DNA of 56,603 bases from an uncultured Muribaculaceae bacterium (GCA_964523265.1 CAZFXQ010000001.1:1-56603), one strand, 5' to 3'; positions 17,808-27,535 are shown, counted from the first letter of the stretch. Notes: generated by a model from the letters alone, not told the origin. Translations and numbers: made by a program.

Positions 17808-19457
17808 ATGGCTGTAAAAATTAATTATCGAAATAGAGTGTTAGAATATGAAAAGGCAACGACATTACAAACTATATCGGGCGATGTGAAAAAAGATTTT
17901 AAATACGATATTTTAGTAGCAACTATTAATAATAAACTTGTATCATTAAGTGCTGAAATAAACAAAGATTGTAATGTGGAATTTTATGATTTATCCACAA
18001 GACTAGGTAATTTTGTTTATCAAAAAGGATTAGGATTTTTGTTTTCTAAGGCAGTCAAAGATATACTAAATTGTGATGTTAAGATGATAAGTGATGTTGA
18101 TAAAGCAATTGAATGTGAAATATTATCAAATGATTTAATATCAGAAGTAACAGTTCAAAAAATAAAATTAAGAATGAATGAGCTGTGTGAACAAAAACTT
18201 CCTATTAGTAAAATAATGGTTTCAAGAAAAGATGCGATTGAATATTTTAATAAAGTAAATCAAGTAGATAAAGCAAATTCGTTAAGATATATTAGTAATT
18301 CTACTATTAGCTTGTACAAGCTTGATGATACACTTGATTATTTATATGGGGTGTTACCTAATAACACAAGCCTAATTAATAAGTTTAATATAAAATACAT
18401 AGAGAATAACAGAGTAGCATTATTGTATCCATTTTTATATGATTTAGAATCAAACTTAAAATATAACAAAAATGAAAAATTATTAGAAACAATAAAATCA
18501 CAGATAGATTATAGGGAAAGTATAAATATAACTAATTCATCAGAACTTAATACCGCTATTTCAACAGGTAAATATGGTGATGTTATAAGATTAAGTGAAG
18601 CGTTACAAAATAATGAATTGTTTTCCATAGCGGATAAAATAAGTAAAGATAAAAATATTAAAATAGTGTTAATAACGGGCCCATCATCATCTGGTAAAAC
18701 AACAGTATCAAAAAAATTAGGACTTTATTTAACTAGTAAAAACTTAAAGCCAATTTCTATTTCAATTGATGATTTTTTAATAGATCTTGATAAAAGACCG
18801 TTAGATAAAGATGGTAAACCAGAGTTAGAAAAAATTGAAGCAATTGATACTAAACAATTTAATGATAAAATATCTAGTTTATTAAATGGTGAGAGAGTTA
18901 ATCTTCCAAAATTTGATTTTATTAATGCAAAGCAAGTAATTAGTGATGACAAAATAAAAATGGAAGAAAATAGCATACTAATAATAGAAGGAATTCATGC
19001 GTTTAATGAAAAGCTAACAGAAATGATTCCTGATAAAAGTAAGTTTAAATTATTTGTTTGCCCAATTGTTCCTCTTAATATAGATAATCATAATTTGTTT
19101 AGATCAACTGATAATAGATTATTGAGAAGAATAATAAGAGACAATAAAGAAAGGTGTTTTACTGCTTCACACACGCTTAAGTTGTGGAGGAAAGTAAGAC
19201 TTTCTGAACAAGAAAACATCCTTCCTTATATGAAGGATGCAGATGCTATATTTAATACATATTTATTATATGAATTAGGCGTATTAAAGACTTATGTAGA
19301 ACCTTTGTTATTTTCTATTTCAGAGACGGATGAAAACTATGAAGAAGCCATTAGATTAATTAATTTATTTAGGGTTATTCTTGCAATACCAAGTGATAGT
19401 ATACCTGATGATTCAATAATAAGAGAATTTATTGGTGGTAGTTGTTTTAATGAATAA
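17808..19457 (+). CDS. TGS-like N-terminal domain fused to a uridine-kinase/phosphoribulokinase-family P-loop kinase
   Basis: The P-loop ITGPSSSGKTT and ILIIEGIHAFN are uridine-kinase-family motifs. The N-terminal ~60 aa form a beta-grasp-like region resembling the ThrRS TGS domain. Confidence 0.7.
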   Translation: MAVKINYRNRVLEYEKATTLQTISGDVKKDFKYDILVATINNKLVSLSAEINKDCNVEFYDLSTRLGNFVYQKGLGFLFSKAVKDILNCDVKMISDVDKAIECEILSNDLISEVTVQKIKLRMNELCEQKLPISKIMVSRKDAIEYFNKVNQVDKANSLRYISNSTISLYKLDDTLDYLYGVLPNNTSLINKFNIKYIENNRVALLYPFLYDLESNLKYNKNEKLLETIKSQIDYRESINITNSSELNTAISTGKYGDVIRLSEALQNNELFSIADKISKDKNIKIVLITGPSSSGKTTVSKKLGLYLTSKNLKPISISIDDFLIDLDKRPLDKDGKPELEKIEAIDTKQFNDKISSLLNGERVNLPKFDFINAKQVISDDKIKMEENSILIIEGIHAFNEKLTEMIPDKSKFKLFVCPIVPLNIDNHNLFRSTDNRLLRRIIRDNKERCFTASHTLKLWRKVRLSEQENILPYMKDADAIFNTYLLYELGVLKTYVEPLLFSISETDENYEEAIRLINLFRVILAIPSDSIPDDSIIREFIGGSCFNE

Positions 19458-19489
19458 ATAGTGATAGAATTATTTTAGGAGATGATAAA

Positions 19490-20497
19490 ATGAAAATAAA
19501 GGTTGCAATAAATGGGTTTGGTAGAATTGGAAGATTAGTGTACAGAATACTTAAAGAGGATTCACAGTTTGATGTGGTTGCAATAAATGATTTAACAGAT
19601 GCAGCTCAATTAGCTTATCTACTAAAATATGATACATCACATAGAATGTATTTAAAGAATGATGTTACATATGATGATAAAAATATTATAGTAGCTGGTG
19701 AAAAGGTAAAAGTATATGCAGAAAGTGATCCTAGTAATTTACCTTGGAAAGATTTAAATATAGATGTTGTTTTTGAATGTACGGGATTTTTTACAAGCTT
19801 AGAAAAATCTATGGCACATATTAATGCAGGTGCTAAAAAAGTAATAATATCAGCACCTGCTAAAGGAGATTTAAAAACAATAGTTTATAATGTAAATGAT
19901 AATATATTAGATGGTAGTGAACAAATAATAAGTGCAGCTAGTTGCACGACTAATTGTTTGGCACCAGTAATGAAGGTTTTGTGTGATAATATTGGTGTAG
20001 AAAAAGGGTATATGACAACAGTACATGCATATACAAATGATCAAACAACACTTGATGTTGCACATAAAAAAGGTCATTTATCAAGAAGAGGAAGAGCAGC
20101 AGCAGCAAATATTGTGCCTGCAACAACAGGAGCGGCGAGTGCTATAGGTTTAGTTATTCCTGAGTTAAATGGCAAATTAGATGGTATAGCAATGAGAGTT
20201 CCAGTTACAACTGGTTCTGTAATAGATTTAACATTGGAACTAAAAAAGAAAGTAACAATTGATGAGATAAATAATTTGTTTATAAATAATCAGAATGAAA
20301 CAATAAAATATACAAATGATCCCATTGTTTCAAGTGATATAATTAGTAGTAGTGTTGGAGCACTAGTTGATGGACTTTCAACTAATGTAATTGAAGTTGA
20401 TGGAAAACAACTGGTTAAAATAATAGCTTGGTATGATAATGAAATGGGTTATTCATATCAAATGGTTAGAACTGCTAAAAGTTTGATGAAAAAATAA
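19490..20497 (+). CDS. gap: Type I glyceraldehyde-3-phosphate dehydrogenase
   Basis: INGFGRIGRL, the active site SCTTNCLAP and WYDNEMGYS are present. Confidence 0.95.
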   Translation: MKIKVAINGFGRIGRLVYRILKEDSQFDVVAINDLTDAAQLAYLLKYDTSHRMYLKNDVTYDDKNIIVAGEKVKVYAESDPSNLPWKDLNIDVVFECTGFFTSLEKSMAHINAGAKKVIISAPAKGDLKTIVYNVNDNILDGSEQIISAASCTTNCLAPVMKVLCDNIGVEKGYMTTVHAYTNDQTTLDVAHKKGHLSRRGRAAAANIVPATTGAASAIGLVIPELNGKLDGIAMRVPVTTGSVIDLTLELKKKVTIDEINNLFINNQNETIKYTNDPIVSSDIISSSVGALVDGLSTNVIEVDGKQLVKIIAWYDNEMGYSYQMVRTAKSLMKK

Positions 20498-20527
20498 ATA
20501 TTAATTTTGTAAGTTGGTGGTGATAGT

Positions 20528-21871
20528 TTGGCGAAAAATAAAACAGAAGAAAAAGAATACATAGGTAGTGATGTTGAATATGATGAGCAAGAAAAAGAGA
20601 AATTTCAAATAACAAGAGGTATGTTAATTATCGCTGGTGTAGTATTTGTTATAGTAATAATAATTATTATTTTGATTAAGTCATTAATATCAAAACCTGG
20701 TGATAAAGAAAAATATACAAAGGAAGATTTCCTAAAATTAGAACGAAGGATGGAAGAAGAAGCACCAATTTATATAAACCAAAAAAATATAGAATTAACA
20801 ACTGAAAAAATAAAAATTTTATTAGATGATTTGTTGACAACTAATGGTGGATCAATAGATCCAGAAAAAAATATAGCAACAGAAATATGTGATGGTTATG
20901 TTATTGCATATAAAGAGATTAATAGTTATTATAATGCATATATAAATTGTGGTGATAAGTATGTAACTGATGGTTATGAGGGAACAACAACAAAAACAAC
21001 TGTAAAAAGAACAACCACATATAAAGATGATATTAAGCCAGATATATTAATAATTGGTGAAAAAGAAATCATTTTAGAAGTTGGTGATAATTATGTTGAA
21101 CCCGGTTATACAGCAACTGATAATATTGATGGAGACATAACAAGTGATGTTAAAGTAGAAGGCAAGGTTGATACAAAAAAAATTGGGACATATATATTAA
21201 CATATAAAGTAAAAGATAAAGCAGGAAATAGTAATGAGGCAACAAGAAAAGTGGTAGTGAAGGAAAAGCAAACAACGAGTAAAACAACCACTACAACAAC
21301 CCAACGAAGAACAACCATAACAACAGGGCGTTCAACAACGGTTGAACCACCAAAACCAACAACTACTAGAAATTTATCTTCACCAACAATAACTCTAAAT
21401 GGTCAAAGACAGATTTTTATATACAAAGGTGAAAGTTATAAAGAACCAGGTTATACAGCAAAAGATGCAAATGGTAAGGATTTAACGTCAAGAGTTAATA
21501 TAACTGGTACAGTAAATATTAATCGGTCAGGAGTGTATACACTTACTTATAATGTGACAGATGATTATGGACTTAGTTTTTCAATATCTAGAATTATTAC
21601 TGTAAAAGAAAATTCACAAATAATTTATGTATCTAATATAACAATATCTCCAAATAGTGCAACAGTTAGAATTGGAAACACATTAAGTTTAAAAGCAAAT
21701 ATAACACCTTCAAATGCAACAAATAAATCAATAACGTGGAAAAGTAGTAATCCGAGTGTGGCATCTGTTTCAGCGGATGGTGTTGTAAGAGGAATAAAAA
21801 GAGGTAGTGTAATAATAACGGCAACATCGTCAAATGGTAAAACATCAACATCTGAAATATTAGTTAACTAA
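20528..21871 (+). CDS. Membrane-anchored surface protein with two DUF5011-like Ig repeats and a C-terminal Big_2-like domain
   Basis: - TTG start after GGTGGTGA.
- N-terminal TM anchor.
- Two internal repeats: ...VGDNYVEPGYTATDNIDGDITSDVKVEGKVDTKKIGTYILTYKVKDKAGN... and ...KGESYKEPGYTAKDANGKDLTSRVNITGTVNINRSGVYTLTYNVTDDYG...
- Thr-rich linkers.
- C-terminal ITISPNSATVRIGNTLSLKANITPSNATNKSITWKSSNPSVASVSADGVV. Confidence 0.75.
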   Translation: MAKNKTEEKEYIGSDVEYDEQEKEKFQITRGMLIIAGVVFVIVIIIIILIKSLISKPGDKEKYTKEDFLKLERRMEEEAPIYINQKNIELTTEKIKILLDDLLTTNGGSIDPEKNIATEICDGYVIAYKEINSYYNAYINCGDKYVTDGYEGTTTKTTVKRTTTYKDDIKPDILIIGEKEIILEVGDNYVEPGYTATDNIDGDITSDVKVEGKVDTKKIGTYILTYKVKDKAGNSNEATRKVVVKEKQTTSKTTTTTTQRRTTITTGRSTTVEPPKPTTTRNLSSPTITLNGQRQIFIYKGESYKEPGYTAKDANGKDLTSRVNITGTVNINRSGVYTLTYNVTDDYGLSFSISRIITVKENSQIIYVSNITISPNSATVRIGNTLSLKANITPSNATNKSITWKSSNPSVASVSADGVVRGIKRGSVIITATSSNGKTSTSEILVN

Positions 21872-21896
21872 AAATAGGAAGTTTTTCCTATTTTTA
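21872..21896 (+). terminator. Rho-independent terminator after the surface-protein gene
   Basis: AAATAGGAA (21872-21880) pairs with TTCCTATTT (21885-21893), followed by a T-run. TGTTATAAT follows at 21897-21905 as the likely pgk -10 element. Confidence 0.6.
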
Positions 21897-21927
21897 TGTT
21901 ATAATTTAATTATGATTTGGAGGAGAA

Positions 21928-23112
21928 ATGAAAAAGTCATTAAAAGATATTAATTTGAAAAATAAAAAAGTTATTATAAGATGTGATTTTAATGTACCGA
22001 TAAAAGATGGAAAGATATTAGATGATAACAGAATAATTGAATCATTAGAAACAATAAAATATGTTTTGTCTCAAAATGCAAAAGTAATACTAATGTCACA
22101 TTTGGGTAGAATTAAAGAAGAAAAAGATAAATTGAATAATTCATTAAAACCAGTTGCAAAAAGATTAAGTGAACTTTTAAATCAAGATGTAATATTTGTT
22201 GGTGAAACGCGGGGAAGTGTGCTAGAAGAAACCATTAGAAATATGAATTTTAAAGATATAATACTAGTAGAAAATACAAGGTATGAAGATTTTCCTAATA
22301 AACTAGAAAGTTCTAATGATTTAAGTTTGTCATCATATTGGGCATCACTAGCAGATGTGTTTGTTAATGATGCTTTTGGAACATTACATAGAGCACATGC
22401 GTCAAATGTTGGAATTGCAAAACTATTACCATCTTGTATAGGTTTTTTGGTTGAAAAAGAAATTAAAATGTTAGATATTCTACTTAATGATATAAAAAGG
22501 CCTTATACTGTTATTTTAGGTGGTGCAAAAATGAATGACAAGATAAGTATAATTGATTCTTTAATTAAAAAGTGTGATTATATTTTACTTGGTGGTGGAA
22601 TTGCTAATACATTTTTAACTGCAAAAGGTTATGACTTAAAGGATTCGGTTTATGATGAGGAAAGTTTAAAACATTGTATTGAATTACTTAATAAATATGA
22701 AGACAAAATAGTTTTACCAGTTGATGGTTTAGCTTCAAGCTCTTATAATGATGGCTTGCTAGTAAAATATTATAGATTAGATAATGTGGAAAATGGTAAT
22801 ATGATTCTTGATATTGGAAATGATACTATTAAATTATTTGAAAAGTATTTAAAGTCTAGTAAAACAGTATTTTGGAATGGTCCTGTTGGTGTTAGTGAGT
22901 TTAAAAATTTTGAAACTGGTACAAAATCATTGTGTAAAATATTAAGTAAGAAAGATGCAAAAATAATAATCGGTGGTGGTGATACTGCAGCGGCAGCAAT
23001 AAAATTTGGGTATAAGAACAAATTTACTCATATATCAACTGGTGGAGGTGCATCACTTGAATACATAGAAGGCAAAAAACTACCGGGGTTAGAATTCATT
23101 GGTGAAAAATAG
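21928..23112 (+). CDS. pgk: Phosphoglycerate kinase
   Basis: RCDFNVP, MSHLGR and the C-terminal STGGGASLEYIEGKKLPG are present. Confidence 0.95.
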   Translation: MKKSLKDINLKNKKVIIRCDFNVPIKDGKILDDNRIIESLETIKYVLSQNAKVILMSHLGRIKEEKDKLNNSLKPVAKRLSELLNQDVIFVGETRGSVLEETIRNMNFKDIILVENTRYEDFPNKLESSNDLSLSSYWASLADVFVNDAFGTLHRAHASNVGIAKLLPSCIGFLVEKEIKMLDILLNDIKRPYTVILGGAKMNDKISIIDSLIKKCDYILLGGGIANTFLTAKGYDLKDSVYDEESLKHCIELLNKYEDKIVLPVDGLASSSYNDGLLVKYYRLDNVENGNMILDIGNDTIKLFEKYLKSSKTVFWNGPVGVSEFKNFETGTKSLCKILSKKDAKIIIGGGDTAAAAIKFGYKNKFTHISTGGGASLEYIEGKKLPGLEFIGEK

Positions 23113-23115
23113 ATT

Positions 23116-24114
23116 ATGAAGAATAAGAAAATAAATATAGTAATACTTATTTTTGCTTTATCATTAGTTTTATATTTTTCTTTAAAAGAGGATTTATATG
23201 GTGTTTTGGATAACTTCTTTAAAGTAAAAATATGGTGTTTTTTTCTAGCAATTATATTGTTTTTAATAGCGCTTTTTTTTAAGTCACTTAGTTTAAATGC
23301 ATATTTAAAGAAACAATGTGGGAAATACAACTTAAAGAAGGCTTATAATTTAACATTAATTGGTCAATTTTTAAATGGTATAACACCATTTCAATCAGGT
23401 GGTCAGCCCTTTCAAGTATATTTATTAAAAAAAGAAGGAATGAGAATATCCGATTCTACTAGCGCCATGCTTAAAGATAGTTTATCATATCAAATTGCTT
23501 TAGTTTTTGTTGGATTTGTATCACTATTACTTAATTATTTGCTTCACATTTTTGATGATAAAACTCTTAATTTTTTAGTTATTATAGGATTTATAGTTAA
23601 TTTTATAGTTTTATTATTTTTAATATCATTAATATTGTTTAAAAGACAATTTATTAAGATTATTAATACATTAATTGATTTTTTTTGCAAATTTAAAGTG
23701 TTAAGAAAGCTTAACGAAAAAAAAGATAGCATAAGTCAAAGTGTAAATAGATTTTATAGGTTATTATCTGATTCATTTGATGATAAGATGCTTTTGTTAA
23801 AGACGGTTATAACAAATATAATAGCTTTTTTGTTATTATATACAATTCCATATGTTGTATTTCTATCTTTGGGATATAACAATGAGATTCTTTATATGAT
23901 ATTATCAACATCATTTGTGATGTTGATTGGTAATTTTGTTCCAATACCTGGTGCAACAGGTGGTATTGAGTATGGATTTTACAAGTTTTTTGGTTTTTTT
24001 GTAAGTGGTAATATGCTTACAAGTGCAATGTTATTATGGAGATTTATTACCTATATTTTTGGTATGATGATAGGTTTTGTATCTCTTGTTTTGAGGAAAG
24101 GAATAGAAAAATGA
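23116..24114 (+). CDS. Flippase-like membrane protein (lysylphosphatidylglycerol-synthase TM-region / UPF0104 family)
   Basis: Polytopic, with LIGQFLNGITPFQSGGQPFQVYLLKKEG and ...PGATGGIEYGF, which are typical of this family. Confidence 0.7.
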   Translation: MKNKKINIVILIFALSLVLYFSLKEDLYGVLDNFFKVKIWCFFLAIILFLIALFFKSLSLNAYLKKQCGKYNLKKAYNLTLIGQFLNGITPFQSGGQPFQVYLLKKEGMRISDSTSAMLKDSLSYQIALVFVGFVSLLLNYLLHIFDDKTLNFLVIIGFIVNFIVLLFLISLILFKRQFIKIINTLIDFFCKFKVLRKLNEKKDSISQSVNRFYRLLSDSFDDKMLLLKTVITNIIAFLLLYTIPYVVFLSLGYNNEILYMILSTSFVMLIGNFVPIPGATGGIEYGFYKFFGFFVSGNMLTSAMLLWRFITYIFGMMIGFVSLVLRKGIEK

Positions 24115-25343
24115 GAATAGGGTTATTTACAGATACTTATCCGCCATTTATAAATGGTGTTTCAACTAGTGTTTTAATGCTTAAAGAAGGTCTAGAAAAA
24201 CTAGGGCATGATGTTTTTGTAGTAACAGTAAATAGTGAGTCATTTTCCTATAAAAATGAGAAAAATATTTTAAGGCTCCCAAGTATACCAATAGGTTTAT
24301 TTGATTATAGACTTACAGGGTTATATCATTTTAAAGCAAAAAAAATAATTAAATCTTGGAATTTAGATATTATTCATACACATACAGAATTTGGTGTAGG
24401 AACATTTGCAAGATTACTTTCAAAAGAATATAACATTCCTCTTGTTCATACTTATCATACTATGTACGAAGAATATGTATATTATATTACCAAAGGTTAT
24501 TTTGATGGTGCTTCAAAAAAATTGGTTGAATATTTAACATTATTTTTATGTGATAAAACAATAGATGAGTTAATTGTTCCAACGCAAAAGACTTGTGATT
24601 TGTTTAAAGAAAAATATAAGGTGAAAAGAGATGTACATATAATACCAACTGGTATAGATGTTGCAAGATTTTATAGAGAAAATGTTAATGAAAATGATGT
24701 TTTTCAATTAAAAACCGATTTAGGTATTCAAAAAAATGATTTTTGTATAATGTTTTTAGGACGCATCGCTAAAGAAAAAAACATAGATTTTTTAATTACT
24801 AATTTAAAAGAAATAATAAAAAAAATACCGAAGACAAAATTGATAATTGTTGGTGATGGTCCATATATGAGTGATTTAATGGAAATAACAAAAAAAAGTA
24901 AGTTGACCAAAAATGTTATATTCACTGGTAAGGTACCTTGGGATGAAGTTCCAAAGTATTACCATTTGTGTGATGTTTTTGTGACGGCATCAACAACAGA
25001 AACTCAAGGACTAACAGTTTTAGAAGCCATGGCTGCTTCAAAACCAGTTGTAGCTATTAATGATGAAAGTTTTAAATTGGTGATTAATAATAAAATAGAT
25101 GGTATTTTATTTAATTCTGATAAAGAGTATATTGAATCAATACTAGATTTGAATAAGAATAAAAAATTAAGAGAATTAATAAGTAATGAATCAAGAAAAA
25201 AAGCAGAAGATTATAGTAAAGAATCCTATGCTAAAAAAGTTCTTGAAGTATATAAAAGAGTTATTCATAAGGATACGAATATATTAAAAAAGGTAGTGCA
25301 TAAAGTAAAGGGTAAATTAAATAAGAATAAACGAAAGGTTTAG
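24111..25343 (+). CDS. GT4-family glycosyltransferase (diacylglycerol glycosyltransferase-like)
   Basis: MRIGLFTDTYPPFINGVSTSV at the N-terminus and the E-x7-E region TETQGLTVLEAMA are present. An ATGA overlap with the upstream flippase-like gene suggests coupling. The ORF-track start at 24036 was rejected. Confidence 0.85.
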   Translation: MRIGLFTDTYPPFINGVSTSVLMLKEGLEKLGHDVFVVTVNSESFSYKNEKNILRLPSIPIGLFDYRLTGLYHFKAKKIIKSWNLDIIHTHTEFGVGTFARLLSKEYNIPLVHTYHTMYEEYVYYITKGYFDGASKKLVEYLTLFLCDKTIDELIVPTQKTCDLFKEKYKVKRDVHIIPTGIDVARFYRENVNENDVFQLKTDLGIQKNDFCIMFLGRIAKEKNIDFLITNLKEIIKKIPKTKLIIVGDGPYMSDLMEITKKSKLTKNVIFTGKVPWDEVPKYYHLCDVFVTASTTETQGLTVLEAMAASKPVVAINDESFKLVINNKIDGILFNSDKEYIESILDLNKNKKLRELISNESRKKAEDYSKESYAKKVLEVYKRVIHKDTNILKKVVHKVKGKLNKNKRKV

Positions 25344-25377
25344 TAAGTTTCTTAATTTAAAATCCGCAAAAAAGTGT

Positions 25378-25420
25378 AAAGAAAAGTAAAATTTGACATT
25401 TTTTACTTTTCTTTTTTATT
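25378..25420 (+). terminator. Rho-independent terminator
   Basis: AAAGAAAAGTAAAA (25378-25391) pairs with TTTTACTTTTCTTT (25401-25414), followed by a T-run. Confidence 0.65.
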
Positions 25421-25458
25421 ATTATTATGATATGCTATAAACGTAAAGAGGGATGATT

Positions 25459-25824
25459 ATGGAAAAAAATACAAATATATATAGTTTTCCTAGTGAGGAA
25501 GGTAATGATGAAATTAATATAAATTCATTAATAGATGCATTATTTGATATTAGATTATCACTTAGTATTAAAAGAATAACGAGTCCAACAATAAAAAAAG
25601 ATGAGTTAAGAAGTATAATTAATAATACAAAAAATGATAAAGACGAAGCAGTAAAACATGCGTTAGATGATGTGTTTGAAAAGTATTTAGGAAAAGAACT
25701 TGTTAATAAAGATAAGTATACAATTAATGATATTGAAAAAATAATAGAACAAAGAATAAGATATGAACAAACAAAAGAATTAAAGGATAAATCACTTGTT
25801 TTAAACCAAGATAAAGCAGCATAA
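25459..25824 (+). CDS. Hypothetical protein (~121 aa), no family recognised
   Basis: The ATG at 25459 lies 6 nt after AAAGAGGG. The product is charged and helical-looking, and a terminator follows. Confidence 0.45.
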   Translation: MEKNTNIYSFPSEEGNDEININSLIDALFDIRLSLSIKRITSPTIKKDELRSIINNTKNDKDEAVKHALDDVFEKYLGKELVNKDKYTINDIEKIIEQRIRYEQTKELKDKSLVLNQDKAA

Positions 25825-25838
25825 TTAAAAGTAAATAT

Positions 25839-25875
25839 AAGAATGTAGTAAATAAAATATTACATTCTTTTTTTA
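25839..25875 (+). terminator. Rho-independent terminator
   Basis: AAGAATGTA (25839-25847) pairs with TACATTCTT (25861-25869), followed by TTTTT. Confidence 0.6.
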
Positions 25876-25882
25876 TTCGACA
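25876..25882 (-). promoter_or_regulatory. Perfect Spo0A-binding 0A box (TGTCGAA) upstream of spo0A
   Basis: The plus strand reads TTCGACA at 25876-25882, which is TGTCGAA on the minus strand. It lies ~32 nt upstream of a TATAAT (25914-25919) and 65 nt upstream of the spo0A ATG. Confidence 0.5.
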
Positions 25883-25946
25883 TAGTTTGATAAATAAATT
25901 GCATTTTACATACTATAATGATGTCATAAATGAAGGAGGAAATATC

Positions 25947-26729
25947 ATGAATGAAGAAAAAGAAATAAGGTTGGTTGTAGTTGATGATAATGAAAATTTA
26001 ATAGAAATGCTTAAAGATTATTTTGTGGATCACAAAAAAATTAAGATAGTAAATAGTTTTTGTGATGGAGATACCGCAATTAAATACATAATTAAGAATC
26101 AAGATAAATTTGATGTTTTATTGCTTGATTTAATTATGCCAAAAAAAGATGGACTTTCGGTTTTAAATGATTTAAAGGAAAATAATATAGAAAAACCAGT
26201 TGTTATAGGGACATCTTTTAACGCAGATGAAACAATAGCAAGAGTATCTAAATATAATCCTAAACATTTTGTTTTAAAACCTTTTGAAATGTTAGATTTA
26301 GAGGAAAAAATAATGGACGCTGTTAATTTTAAAATTGAAAATGATAGCAAAATAAATGTATATCATAATAATTTAGAAATATCAGTTACTAAATTATTGC
26401 ATGGTCTTGGTGTTCCGTCACACATAAAAGGTTATCAATATATTAGAGAAGGTGTTCTTTTAATGTATGAAAAACCAGATATAGTGGGTGCTATTACAAA
26501 AGAATTGTATCCAGAAATAGCGTCGCGTTACTCAACAACTGTATCCAGAGTTGAAAGGGCAATAAGACATGCCATAGAAGTTTCATGGAATAGAGGAGAC
26601 TTAGATTTGATGGAAGAAATATTTGGTCATAGTGTTGATTATGATAGGGCTAAACCTACTAATAGTGAATTCATAGTAACGGTATCAGACAAATTAAGGC
26701 TAGAATTTAATAAATTACAAAAAGTTTAA
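25947..26729 (+). CDS. spo0A: Sporulation master regulator Spo0A
   Basis: The receiver domain has VVDDN, LLLDLIMP and LKPF. The Spo0A-specific C-terminal domain has GVPSHIKGYQYIREGV...ITKELYPEIA...TVSRVERAIRHAIEVSW...KPTNSEFI. The ATG at 25947 follows GAAGGAGGA. Confidence 0.93.
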   Translation: MNEEKEIRLVVVDDNENLIEMLKDYFVDHKKIKIVNSFCDGDTAIKYIIKNQDKFDVLLLDLIMPKKDGLSVLNDLKENNIEKPVVIGTSFNADETIARVSKYNPKHFVLKPFEMLDLEEKIMDAVNFKIENDSKINVYHNNLEISVTKLLHGLGVPSHIKGYQYIREGVLLMYEKPDIVGAITKELYPEIASRYSTTVSRVERAIRHAIEVSWNRGDLDLMEEIFGHSVDYDRAKPTNSEFIVTVSDKLRLEFNKLQKV

Positions 26730-26777
26730 TAAAATTTTAATAAATAAGTGATATAATATTATCATGGAGGTATTAAA

Positions 26778-27446
26778 ATGTTAGAAAGTGAAAATGGTTT
26801 AAGTAAGTTTTTTACAAAAGTTTATATGTGGATGTTTGTAGGTCTTTTAATATCAGGAGGAGTTGCTTATTATACATCAGTAAGTGAAGCTATGCTTAAA
26901 TTTGTAATGGATTTTTATCTATTTATAGTAATAGCGGAGTTAGTAACTGTAATTTCTTTTACAGCACTTAGAAATAAAGTTTCACCAAGTACTGCTAAGA
27001 TATTATTTGTTGTTTATTCGGCATTAAGTGGTCTTACATTATCATCAATTTTCTTAATTTATAAAATAGAAAGTATTGGTATGGTGTTTTTTGCGGCATC
27101 TTTAATGTTTGCATTACTAGCAGTTTATGGGTATGTAACAAAACAAGATTTATCATCATTTGGTAAAATATTATTATTTGGCCTTATATCGGTTATAATT
27201 ATGTCTTTAATAAATATATTTATTGGTAATTCAGCATTTGATATATTTATATCAATAGTATCGATAGTTATCTTTTTAGGTCTTACAGCATATGATATGA
27301 GTCGTTTAAAACAAATTTATAATTATTATTCAAATGATTCCGATATGCTAGATAAAGTATCAATTTATGGAGCACTTGATTTGTATTTAGACTTTGTTAA
27401 TATTTTATTAAAATTATTAAGATTATTTGGAAAAAGAAAAGATTAA
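26778..27446 (+). CDS. BAX inhibitor-1/YccA-family membrane protein
   Basis: A seven-TM pattern with FFTKVYMWMFVGLLISG and a C-terminal ...GALDLYLDFVNILLKLLRLFG motif. Confidence 0.85.
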   Translation: MLESENGLSKFFTKVYMWMFVGLLISGGVAYYTSVSEAMLKFVMDFYLFIVIAELVTVISFTALRNKVSPSTAKILFVVYSALSGLTLSSIFLIYKIESIGMVFFAASLMFALLAVYGYVTKQDLSSFGKILLFGLISVIIMSLINIFIGNSAFDIFISIVSIVIFLGLTAYDMSRLKQIYNYYSNDSDMLDKVSIYGALDLYLDFVNILLKLLRLFGKRKD

Positions 27447-27471
27447 TATCTCTTTTATGAGATATTTTTTA
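27445..27471 (+). terminator. Rho-independent terminator
   Basis: AATATCTC (27445-27452) pairs with GAGATATT (27459-27466), followed by TTTT. Confidence 0.55.
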
Positions 27472-27535
27472 TATTAATTACATATTGTGTTTTTAATATT
27501 ATTTTATTATAATATTATCCATTAAGGAGGAAATT

